From the sequence record NZ_CP016173.1: a DNA stretch of 64,000 nt; one strand, given 5' to 3'. Below are positions 1 to 8,074 of the stretch, piece by piece. Numbering within the stretch: position 1 is the stretch's first letter; each line of letters opens with the position of its first letter. Position numbers and translations under genes: made by a program. This DNA comes from a plasmid. The notes under the pieces are model-generated. The model searched no databases. It had not been told where the DNA came from and saw only the letters and a list, made by a program, of their open reading frames with translations.

Positions 1-1185
1 ATGCTGAGCATTGAGGAATCCGCATGGGTTGACAGGTATGTCGATGCGGGCGGCGAGCGGAATGAAGGAATCCAGCTCGTTCAGAAAATGAACGTTGCCA
101 GAGGCATCGGCACTCCGAAGGTCAACAACGGCATTTGGCCCTCCGCGAACTCGGTTGAAGTCCCGGGCCTTTTCCCCTCCGAAGAAGTGCCTGTTTCCCC
201 TGTTGCATCAGTACATGCCATGGGTTCGCAACATGGGGCGCCTCATGGTACCGCCGCGACCAGCCAGGCGGATTCGCCAGCGAAACGACGCGGCCGACCA
301 CCCGTGAATTGGCGCGAACGGCCAAAAACCCAGCAGGAACTTGACCTCTTTGAGCTCTCACTTGAGATCGAGAAAAAGAATGCTGCGGAACACGGGCAGC
401 TCGGTTTTATCGCCACGGCCATGATCTATGCGTCGCTACCGCATAGCGACATCAACAGCGCAGTGTTCAAACGCAAGAACGGCAACATTGCGCTTACCAT
501 CATGAATGACCCCGACATCGGGCTGCCGTTCGGCAAGATTCCACGCATCATCACTACCTTCCTGTGCACAGAGGCCAAGCGCACAGAAAAGCCCGAAATA
601 GAGCTCGGGCGGTCGCAAGCCGAGTTCGCCCGAAAGCTGGGCTTAAACAGCGGCGGCGGCGAACGCGGCGACCTGACCCGGCTTAAGGACCAGGCCGTGA
701 GGCTGTTCACATCACGCATCACGCTGACAGGGACACCAGACTCCCAGTTTCACTGGAAGAACGTGGACCTCACACGCGACGGCATGTTGCTATGGAGCCC
801 ACATCAGCCACACGAAAAGTCAGCCTGGGAAAGTCGCCTTACGCTTTCCGAGATCTTCTTTCAAGAGTGCATGGAGCACAGCGTCCCGATCGATTTGCGC
901 GTCGTTCACAAGCTCACCTCCCCTCTAGCCATCGACATATACGTGTGGCTGACATATCGCCTGAATTCGATTGCCTACCCCACTCCCATTTCATGGGACC
1001 AAATCAAATGGCAATTCGGCGCCAACTATGCCAACGATGCGCAGGGCCTCCGCAACTTCATCTCGGCTTTCAAAACGCAGCTCAGACGCGTCATGGCCGT
1101 GTATCCAGAGGCGAAGGTCACAACCGACTCGAAAAAACTCACCCTCATCCCATCCAAGAGCCACATCTCTTCCATCTCGCGCTAG
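1..1185 (+). CDS. Plasmid RepA-like replication initiator protein (possibly 5'-partial; ORF begins at the window edge)
   Basis: 394-aa ORF with GC-rich third positions. Central motif 'LTSPLAIDIYVWLTYRLNS' resembles plasmid/ICE RepA-family initiators. Assigned from memory of the family, not a search. Confidence 0.4.
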   Translation: MLSIEESAWVDRYVDAGGERNEGIQLVQKMNVARGIGTPKVNNGIWPSANSVEVPGLFPSEEVPVSPVASVHAMGSQHGAPHGTAATSQADSPAKRRGRPPVNWRERPKTQQELDLFELSLEIEKKNAAEHGQLGFIATAMIYASLPHSDINSAVFKRKNGNIALTIMNDPDIGLPFGKIPRIITTFLCTEAKRTEKPEIELGRSQAEFARKLGLNSGGGERGDLTRLKDQAVRLFTSRITLTGTPDSQFHWKNVDLTRDGMLLWSPHQPHEKSAWESRLTLSEIFFQECMEHSVPIDLRVVHKLTSPLAIDIYVWLTYRLNSIAYPTPISWDQIKWQFGANYANDAQGLRNFISAFKTQLRRVMAVYPEAKVTTDSKKLTLIPSKSHISSISR

Positions 1186-1188
1186 AAG

Positions 1189-1389
1189 ATGAAACTCAAG
1201 TACCTATTCGTCACCCTTGCACTTCTGACCTTTATCGCGTCCGTCAGGTGGTTTCTCGCCCAAGATGAGTTTGTCGCTTCCTTATTTCTTATGATGGGAC
1301 TGGCTTGCTTGCTCAATGCGGCGAGGCCCGAGGCCAATAAGCCGGTCAAAGTCAAAGACCTCATAGCCCTGGTCCAGCCGCCGAAGTAG
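1189..1389 (+). CDS. Small hydrophobic membrane protein (hypothetical)
   Basis: 66-aa ORF immediately downstream of the RepA-like gene with one long hydrophobic helix (LFVTLALLTFIASV); a terminator follows. Confidence 0.3.
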   Translation: MKLKYLFVTLALLTFIASVRWFLAQDEFVASLFLMMGLACLLNAARPEANKPVKVKDLIALVQPPK

Positions 1390-1416
1390 GCCTCAAAGGC
1401 GGGCCACCGAATACGG

Positions 1417-1438
1417 AGCCGCGCAAGCGGCTTTTTTT
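1417..1438 (+). terminator. Rho-independent terminator
   Basis: Hairpin AGCCGC-GCAA-GCGGCT followed by TTTTTTT, just after the small ORF stop. Confidence 0.55.
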
Positions 1439-1515
1439 ACGTAAGGATGGGTCGCTGCTGATTCCCTGAGGTCGTCAAGCCGAGCTTGTCCTCCCTGATA
1501 TCTGGGGAGCGCACT

Positions 1516-2514
1516 TCAAGCGCTTTTCGCTGGCCGTCCCAACTTCTCAGGACACACATCAGAGGCACCTTTGTCTTTCCGCAAGCCGAGAAACGACGAA
1601 TGTCTCAGGTGGCCTCCCTTCGTGCGCTCTTTGTAGGCAACTTCAACTACGACCTCGGGCCGCACCCAGTTAAACGTCACGTTACGCCCGACTGCCGAAC
1701 GTGCAGATGGAATTCTCTCCTTGATAGGCGCCTTGTCGGCAGCTAACGGCTTCAGGAGCTTCAAGAGCTGGTTAATCGTTTTGCCGCCGAGGCCCGACCC
1801 TACTCTGCCGGCATAATGGACCTGGCCGGCATCGTCATACTGCCCAAGCAGGAGAGATCCGAACGCACTGGGAGAGCCTTCGGCCGTAGACCATCCGATG
1901 ATCAAGAATTCATCTTTCTTTCGACACGGAAGCTTGATCCAGGTGTTGGTGCGCCCCGCCCGATAGGGCGCATCCCTGCGCTTTCCCATAAGACCTTCCA
2001 AGCCCATCTTGCAGGCCTGCTTGTGCAGGCCTGCCGCGTCACCAGGGTCCGAAAGGTCCACCACTTTGCTTCTTATGATCGGGCCATTGGCTGGAAGATC
2101 GCAAAGCAGCTCTTCGAGGGCGGCAGCGCGTTCGATGAAAGGCAACTCCCGTAAGTCTTTCCCGCCCCAAAAGGGGATGTCAAAGGCGACAAAACGGACG
2201 TTCCTTGCAACCTTTCTGCTGCGCATATTCTGCAGGAGGTTGAAGTCTGGTATCCCGTTCTCGTCAAGCACGACAAGTTCGCCATCCAACCAACCGGTGC
2301 CAAGTTTCAGCGCACTGATCGCGTCCGCCAACGATTGCACCTCTGCCGTCCAGTCCTTGGCGTCGCGCGAGAAGAACCGCACCGCTTTGCGATCGATGCG
2401 GCAGACCATGCGGTAGCCGTCGTACTTGATCTCGTAAACGTAACAGGGATCGTTGGGCGGCGCCCGCACAAGCGTCGCCAGTTGAGGCTTAACGAACTCG
2501 GGGAGCCGCGCCAT
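1516..2514 (-). CDS. ATP-dependent DNA ligase (LigD ligase-domain-like)
   Basis: 332 aa. Adenylation motif I 'EIKYDGYR' (KxDGxR) near the N-terminus, 'GELVVLDENG' and 'IIGW...G' motifs typical of the ATP-dependent ligase nucleotidyltransferase plus OB fold. Confidence 0.85.
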   Translation of the reverse strand: MARLPEFVKPQLATLVRAPPNDPCYVYEIKYDGYRMVCRIDRKAVRFFSRDAKDWTAEVQSLADAISALKLGTGWLDGELVVLDENGIPDFNLLQNMRSRKVARNVRFVAFDIPFWGGKDLRELPFIERAAALEELLCDLPANGPIIRSKVVDLSDPGDAAGLHKQACKMGLEGLMGKRRDAPYRAGRTNTWIKLPCRKKDEFLIIGWSTAEGSPSAFGSLLLGQYDDAGQVHYAGRVGSGLGGKTINQLLKLLKPLAADKAPIKERIPSARSAVGRNVTFNWVRPEVVVEVAYKERTKGGHLRHSSFLGLRKDKGASDVCPEKLGRPAKSA

Positions 2515-2532
2515 CGTCAGGCCTGCAACGCC

Positions 2533-2763
2533 TCACGGACCTTTTGAACGCTGCTGGAGCCTGCCTTCTGCATCGCAGAGCGCAGAGCGCAGAGCCTCTT
2601 CAGTCACGCCCAATTCGCGTGTCCAATAACGTACTTCCCATTCCTCGTTCAGGTTGATCCGAGCCCGGTCTTGAGGTCCACGGTTCTGCAGGTCGTCTGC
2701 CATCACATCCTCGCTTGAAAACCCGCCGCCGAGCAACCGACGTGCCGAAGGGGCAACGCGCAT
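2533..2763 (-). CDS. DUF3606-family small protein
   Basis: C-terminal 'INLNEEWEVRYWTRELGVTEEAL' is the hallmark of DUF3606. The likely true start is the internal Met (MADDLQ...), giving a shorter product. Confidence 0.55.
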   Translation of the reverse strand: MRVAPSARRLLGGGFSSEDVMADDLQNRGPQDRARINLNEEWEVRYWTRELGVTEEALRSALCDAEGRLQQRSKGP

Positions 2764-3139
2764 GCGGCTTAAATCAGGATCGGCCCCCCTACCGGACCCA
2801 ATGAGCTGGGATTAAGGTCACTTCTTTGATGGTGGCCGCGATGCCGTCAACTAGATGGCGAAATTGCGAACCGGTGCCATGCGATGGGCCGTGATGAAGA
2901 GCCTCAAACTTGATACCTTTTACAGGATCCTCGTCGCCGCGACCACCCGTCCCCGAACAGACATCACCGCTCTTGGCATGCCCGTTGGACGACAGATAGG
3001 GAGTCGGCCAAACGTCACTATGTCTACACACAGATCTCACTTTTCGCCTACTTTTTCACTCTTTCTTTACGCACAATCAGCGCGGTTCAAAGGCCTGGAT
3101 CTATGGGCCACCCGGGATAGAGCTGTGGGCAATCCAACT

Positions 3140-3280
3140 TATCCACGATGAAATACCAACAAACCATAAGCTATTGAAAATAAACAGAATGTTTGTATTT
3201 CATCGCATATTGTCCACGATGAAACTCCACCGCGAAATGCGATGAAACACCAATAAATCCGGTGCGATGAAATGCCAACA
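3140..3280. repeat. Iteron-like array of the 8-mer CGATGAAA (4 direct copies and 1 inverted) in AT-rich intergenic DNA
   Basis: CGATGAAA at 3146, 3217, 3240 and 3265; inverted copy TTTCATCG at 3198. Local AT-rich sequence between the DUF3606 gene and rdgC. Confidence 0.5.
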
Positions 3281-3649
3281 TGCGCTGTGACACAAGGCCT
3301 TTCTGGGCACCGCAGTCCACCACCAAGTATTTCCCAAGTATTTTTATATTCCTAGTAGTGAGGCTACGCCTCGCCGTGGATAAGCTGCCTATCCACCGAC
3401 GCTACGCGTCCGTGGATAGTCGCTGCGCGATTCGCAGCTTCCCCACCGCGTCGAACCTTCGCGCCATGGACGACACTTCGTGTCGCCCACCGCCCGAAGG
3501 CTCCCAGTCGGCTGAAATAAATTCAAACCCTAAAACCAAGTTTTTAGACATAAAAAATTCGTTTTTTTGACGGGTGAAGTTGATAGTGGTGTATAGTCCA
3601 CATCGCATCTGCGTGGCGCCCTGCCCGCTTCAACCTGAGCGAGAGGACT

Positions 3650-4732
3650 ATGTTCTTCAAGAATCTCAAGATCTATCGCCTGTCTTCTGCATGGACCCTG
3701 ACGAATGACCAGCTGGAAGCGAACCTGGTTAAGCAGGCGTTCCAACCAGGAAGCGAGCTTGAAATGCAAAAACTAGGCTGGGTTGCGCCTCGTGAGAACG
3801 GAAGACTTGCCCATGTCGTCAACGGTCAGATTCTGATCGTGCTGCGCGCCGAAACCAAACTGCTCCCCAATAGCGTGGTGAATCAGGTGACACGAGCGCG
3901 TGCCCAGGAGCTTGAAGAGCAGCAAGGCTACAAGCCAGGGAGGAAGCAAATGAAAGAGCTGAAGGAGCGTGTTACCGACGAGCTGCTGCCCCGCGCCTTC
4001 AGCCTGTACCGCGACACCCAGGTATGGATTGATCCCGTCAATCGGTGGCTGGTGATCGATGCAGCCGCTGCCGCCAAAGCGGACGAGGTGATCGGCATGC
4101 TGGCCAAAACCCTGGACCCGCTGCCTCTGGAAACGTTGCACGTAGCACGGCCACCCGCTTCCGCTATGACCGACTGGCTGGCCTCGGACGAAGCGCCCAG
4201 CCACTTCACGATAGACCAAGACACGGAGCTGCGTGCGTCGGGCGAGAGCCGCGCCGCCATACGGTACGTGAAGCATTCGATTGACGCCGAAGACGTGCGC
4301 CGCCATACCCAATCCGGCAAGCAATGTACGAGGCTGGCTATGACCTGGGCCGACCGTGTTTCATTCATGCTGACAGAAACGCTGGACATCAAGCGCGTCG
4401 TGCCCTTGGATGTGTTGAAGGAAAGCCCTGATGCCATCTCGAAGAATGACGATGAACGATTCGATTCCGACATGGCGCTGATGACCGGCGAGCTCGCGAA
4501 ACTGCTTGCAGATCTGGTCGAGGCGTTGGGCGGCGAACATGCACCGGACGTTTCTGCTGCGCCCGAGGCGCCCGCACAGGGCGCGGGAGATGCAGGCAAT
4601 GCGCGAGCGAAAGAGCGTGCTGGCATCGCTGCTGTACACCGTGCAGATTCGAAAGGGCACCGCCCAAGCATACGAAGTTCTGCCGATGGCGATGCGATAT
4701 CACCCGCGTCCGACAGGCATGCCCTTGCATAG
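3650..4732 (+). CDS. rdgC: Recombination-associated protein RdgC with a C-terminal Ala/Pro-rich extension of about 55 aa
   Basis: N-terminus '[11 protein letters not shown]' matches RdgC 'MLWFKNLMVYRL'. Internal 'LLPRAFS', 'VWID' and C-terminal '[20 protein letters not shown]' align closely with E. coli RdgC. Confidence 0.85.
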   Translation: MFFKNLKIYRLSSAWTLTNDQLEANLVKQAFQPGSELEMQKLGWVAPRENGRLAHVVNGQILIVLRAETKLLPNSVVNQVTRARAQELEEQQGYKPGRKQMKELKERVTDELLPRAFSLYRDTQVWIDPVNRWLVIDAAAAAKADEVIGMLAKTLDPLPLETLHVARPPASAMTDWLASDEAPSHFTIDQDTELRASGESRAAIRYVKHSIDAEDVRRHTQSGKQCTRLAMTWADRVSFMLTETLDIKRVVPLDVLKESPDAISKNDDERFDSDMALMTGELAKLLADLVEALGGEHAPDVSAAPEAPAQGAGDAGNARAKERAGIAAVHRADSKGHRPSIRSSADGDAISPASDRHALA

Positions 4733-4740
4733 GTGGCGCG

Positions 4741-5514
4741 ATGAACATCGATGGAGCAGGCACTGCCCACTCGCTCAGCAAAGCTGAAGTCACGATGAAT
4801 CAGCACCCTGTGGCGTCAGGAAAGACCCTGCACAGGTCGCTGTGCGAGATCGCCGTCAGATGGCTCAAACGTGCGCGATCCGCAGGCGGCCCGGGTTGCG
4901 CAGTCGCGGTCAGCGAGTGCAAGACCGGACACGACGGCGAGATTCCTGATGCCATAGGCTTTCGCCATACAGGGTATGCGCCCACTGACGGAAGCGTGTT
5001 GATCGAGGTCAAGGTATCAAGGGCAGATTTTCTGGCCGATGCCCGAAAACATCATCGCAAGGCGGGCGGTGTCGGCTCCTGGCGCTACTACATGGCTCCG
5101 GAGGGACTGATTGATCCTGCCGAGCTCCCAGATGGTTGGGGACTGCTGCAAGTGAACCCGCGCGGCCACGTCAAGCCGCTTGCTGGGCACGCTCTGTATT
5201 TCAAGGGTCGGGACGACGAATACGTGAGCCAGGCCACCCAATGGCGCTTCCCAGAAGTGAATCTCACGCGTGAAAATTTTCTGCTCGTGCGGGCGCTGGC
5301 TAACACCGGAGACCCCCAAAAGGTCTTGGGAATGCTCAGGGAATCCAACAACCGGACGGCCAGGCTGTCCGCAGCAATCGAAAGAATTGCCAAGGCACTC
5401 GGTCTTCCTCAACACGCGTCATCGTTCGATGTCGAGCGCACCGCGTCAAGGCTGCTACAGCAGCTTGAGCGCTACCGGGACCACGAAAAATCCTCTCTTC
5501 TCGCGAGTTCATGA
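4741..5514 (+). CDS. PD-(D/E)xK-type nuclease-like protein (possibly MmcB-like)
   Basis: 'IPDAIGF ... LIEVKVSRADF' gives a D ... E-x-K arrangement. Overlaps the downstream methylase by 4 bp. An alternative start is at 4795. Confidence 0.45.
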   Translation: MNIDGAGTAHSLSKAEVTMNQHPVASGKTLHRSLCEIAVRWLKRARSAGGPGCAVAVSECKTGHDGEIPDAIGFRHTGYAPTDGSVLIEVKVSRADFLADARKHHRKAGGVGSWRYYMAPEGLIDPAELPDGWGLLQVNPRGHVKPLAGHALYFKGRDDEYVSQATQWRFPEVNLTRENFLLVRALANTGDPQKVLGMLRESNNRTARLSAAIERIAKALGLPQHASSFDVERTASRLLQQLERYRDHEKSSLLASS

Positions 5515-6377
5515 TGGACGTAGTGGCAGACGTATCCAGGCCTGCAATACGCTACCATGGCGCCAAATTTCGGCTGGCATCATGGATTCTCCAATTCTTT
5601 CCCGAACACGAATGCTACGTAGAGCCCTACGGAGGCGCGGCGGGCGTGCTGCTACAGAAACCTCGCAGCTACGCCGAGGTGTACAACGACATCGACGGCG
5701 AGATAACCAATTTCTTCTCGGTTGTGCGTGATCCCGCATCGAGGGAGCGGCTTATCGAGGCCTTGCTGCTTACACCTTACGCTCGCGTCGAGTTCGACCT
5801 GGCATACGAGCCAACGGACGATCCGGTGGAAATGGCTAGGAGAACAGCAATCAAGGCCCAGATGGGCTTTGGATCCGCTGGTGCAACGAAGGGCAAGACA
5901 GGCTTTCGCGTGGACTCAGCGCGGGAATACGGCACTGCATGGAGTCTTTGGTCTCGGTACCCCGAGTCATTGTCGGCAGTAGGAAACCGATTCACCAATG
6001 TCCTTATCGAAAATCTGGATGCGCTGGATGTCATGACAATGCACGACGCGCCGACAACGCTGCACTATGTGGACCCGCCATATTTGCTTTCGACACGGCA
6101 AATGCATGGATTGAGCCGCTACTATCGGTACGAGATGACCGACACCGAACACGTACGCCTGCTGGACTGCCTGAAAGCCCTACAAGGCATGGTGGTTTTG
6201 TCTGGCTATGACTCGCCTGTTTATCGCGAGATGCTGTCAGCCTGGCCCGCGTATTCGACGCAAAGCGTTATTGCTGCTGGTCGGGGAAGCGGCAAACGAA
6301 CAGAGATGGTGTGGATGAACCAGGCCTGCCATGACGCGTTGTATGGCGACGCAGGGCCGTTATTTCGAGCGCTGTAG
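5511..6377 (+). CDS. dam: DNA adenine (N6) methyltransferase, Dam/D12 class (orphan)
   Basis: Motifs 'YHGAK', 'EPYGGAAGV' (AdoMet-binding) and 'DPPY' (catalytic) in the expected order. No restriction-enzyme partner is visible. Confidence 0.85.
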   Translation: MMDVVADVSRPAIRYHGAKFRLASWILQFFPEHECYVEPYGGAAGVLLQKPRSYAEVYNDIDGEITNFFSVVRDPASRERLIEALLLTPYARVEFDLAYEPTDDPVEMARRTAIKAQMGFGSAGATKGKTGFRVDSAREYGTAWSLWSRYPESLSAVGNRFTNVLIENLDALDVMTMHDAPTTLHYVDPPYLLSTRQMHGLSRYYRYEMTDTEHVRLLDCLKALQGMVVLSGYDSPVYREMLSAWPAYSTQSVIAAGRGSGKRTEMVWMNQACHDALYGDAGPLFRAL

Positions 6378-6489
6378 GGCTTTTGGCCGTGTGTCGATGG
6401 TGAGTCCTTCCCCGCCTAGGAAAGTGCCGTTGCGGGCCCTACAACTCACTATCACGTTGGATAGAACTATCAATAGGACCGGACCAGGT

Positions 6490-6822
6490 ATGAGAACGTC
6501 ACAGGACGGTGTGTTTACCGTATCCGCTTTTCTCGGCGCGGCAATGCTTTTAAGCGGCTGCGCCGCGCCCCAAACCACTACGGAGGTGCTGCGCGACAGT
6601 CGTGTCTATCGGGACGATGCGATTGTGGCCAGATGCACGGTCAACGAACGCGAAGGAGTTCAAAGTAGCGGACCGTGCACCGTGGGAAGTCGTCGCGTTG
6701 TTGTCGGCGGCGAAGTGGTGTACAGACGCGGCGCCCAATGCTATCGGGACATCTACGCGCCTGACCGGAGCGAAAGCAATACGCCGGTGGTTCATGCCGA
6801 GGTGCCTTGTCCTGGCGCTTGA
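6490..6822 (+). CDS. Lipoprotein (hypothetical)
   Basis: Signal peptide ending in the lipobox 'LLSGC'. The listed ORF starts at 6331, but the first plausible Met with a signal sequence is at 6490. Confidence 0.45.
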   Translation: MRTSQDGVFTVSAFLGAAMLLSGCAAPQTTTEVLRDSRVYRDDAIVARCTVNEREGVQSSGPCTVGSRRVVVGGEVVYRRGAQCYRDIYAPDRSESNTPVVHAEVPCPGA

Positions 6823-6842
6823 CGCAGCGGGCACACCAAATC

Positions 6843-6866
6843 AAAAAGGCCGCTTTCGCGGCCTTT
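6843..6866. terminator. Bidirectional rho-independent terminator between convergent genes
   Basis: AAAAA-GGCCGC-TTTC-GCGGCC-TTT hairpin between the lipoprotein gene (+) and the DUF882 gene (-). Confidence 0.5.
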
Positions 6867-6916
6867 GACATTTGCATCTTGGAACTGTTGAACGTTCGCC
6901 ACAGTTCAAATGTCAT

Positions 6917-7525
6917 TCACCCTTTCCAGAATCGTTGCCTCCAATCGTCCACGTGCACGAAGTGGCGATTTGGATACCAACCAACTCCCCCGCCCTGGAG
7001 ATACAGGCCGAGTTTAGCCAGATAGTCGGCTGGCACGTCCGGAATGGTGATGTCGGCCGCGCCACCCGTCTTATGTCTGCTGTTCTTCACAGCGCCTTCC
7101 GTATTGGCGTTCGTGGTCTCCGTGCGTAGACCCGATGTCACCACAATCAGGCGGTCTTGCTTGTAGGAGCGGAACCAGCCCTGTATGCCGGCAAGGATAT
7201 CCAAAAGCCGAGGACTCATGTCCGTGGCAACGCCTGCTTTCACATCGCGTAGAAGATGGCATACACGCCGGTAGCCTGGGCCCACAATCGACCCATCCGC
7301 CCAGTATGTTTCTCGAATGAGCTCGTCGGTACCGGCGCGGCGGAGATAGAGCGTCCTGGGGCGTTGCCAGAAGTCGTTAGCCAGAACGCCAGGGGGGAAC
7401 AGGAGGCCTGCTGCCGTGGCCCCTCCAAGAACGGAGGCCTTCAACAGAAATTGCCTCCTATCTGGAGACAGGAGCTCGCTTGCCTTGTGGTTCGTCAACA
7501 TGGTGTCCAGCTTAGATATGTGCAC
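6917..7525 (-). CDS. Tat-secreted DUF882/peptidase-M15 (YcbK-like) cell-wall peptidase
   Basis: Twin-arginine signal 'RRQFLLKASVLGGATAAG'. C-terminal 'HKTGGAADI ... HVD' zinc-peptidase-like motif of the DUF882/YcbK family. Confidence 0.65.
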   Translation of the reverse strand: MHISKLDTMLTNHKASELLSPDRRQFLLKASVLGGATAAGLLFPPGVLANDFWQRPRTLYLRRAGTDELIRETYWADGSIVGPGYRRVCHLLRDVKAGVATDMSPRLLDILAGIQGWFRSYKQDRLIVVTSGLRTETTNANTEGAVKNSRHKTGGAADITIPDVPADYLAKLGLYLQGGGVGWYPNRHFVHVDDWRQRFWKG

Positions 7526-7540
7526 CAGAAATCTTCTATC

Positions 7541-7993
7541 TCACATCACGTAAACCAACGAACCGTCGGGAATTGCAGCTGGGATGTCCAGCAGAACAGT
7601 GCCCGACAGGGAACCCATAAGTTTTCCTGCCGAGGCAATGCCCAGTGTGGCGGGCGCATCGCCTCCTGCAATCACGTCATCGACGGATATGCGGTTTCCA
7701 TTTTCAGGCGCGATAAACACGTACGCACGTCCGCTGTGTCCTATGACCCTCACTCGTGAATCTCCCAGGAACCACGAGGGCGTGTAAGGAGCCAGCTCGG
7801 ACGCCGATATCTCGCCTTCCTTCGCGGAATGCGCTGCCATGAACGACTGCGCTATTCCAGCCATAACGCGCATGCTCGCTGCGGAAACCTCCTGCGAGGA
7901 GGCTTGAGCCGAAGATTGCGATTCTGCCAGTATGGTTGCCGTAGTACCGCCCATCACCAGCAGTGCCGCGAGAACGTATGACAAGAAATACAT
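7541..7993 (-). CDS. PilM-like secreted protein, last gene of the thin-pilus operon
   Basis: 150 aa with an N-terminal signal peptide. Size and position after the pilV-like gene match PilM of R64/PAPI-1-type clusters. No diagnostic motif. Confidence 0.35.
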   Translation of the reverse strand: MYFLSYVLAALLVMGGTTATILAESQSSAQASSQEVSAASMRVMAGIAQSFMAAHSAKEGEISASELAPYTPSWFLGDSRVRVIGHSGRAYVFIAPENGNRISVDDVIAGGDAPATLGIASAGKLMGSLSGTVLLDIPAAIPDGSLVYVM

Positions 7994-8074
7994 TTTTGGA
8001 TCCGAAAATCGGAGAGGACAATTCCTCGTTTAGAGGTGCAGTATGGCGTGCGCTTTGGAACATCCCATTGTGTT

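Noticed and set aside
1-1185. First ORF as a conjugative relaxase
   Set aside because: No His-triad or HD motif and no N-terminal catalytic Tyr context; the central DIYVWLTYR-type motif fits RepA-like initiators better.
2570-2600. Short tandem repeat GCAGAGC x3
   Set aside because: It lies inside the DUF3606 coding sequence and has only three units with no spacer structure, so it is not a CRISPR array or a regulatory array.
3928-4806. Long antisense ORFs overlapping well-supported genes (e.g. 3928-4806 opposite rdgC, 17256-17873 opposite the secretin, 39293-40474 opposite parM, 62434-63276 and 61789-62427 opposite the large right-end ORF)
   Set aside because: Expected artefacts of GC-rich DNA. 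They lie opposite ORFs with recognisable motifs or better length and GC3 bias, and have Arg/Pro/Ala-rich low-complexity translations.
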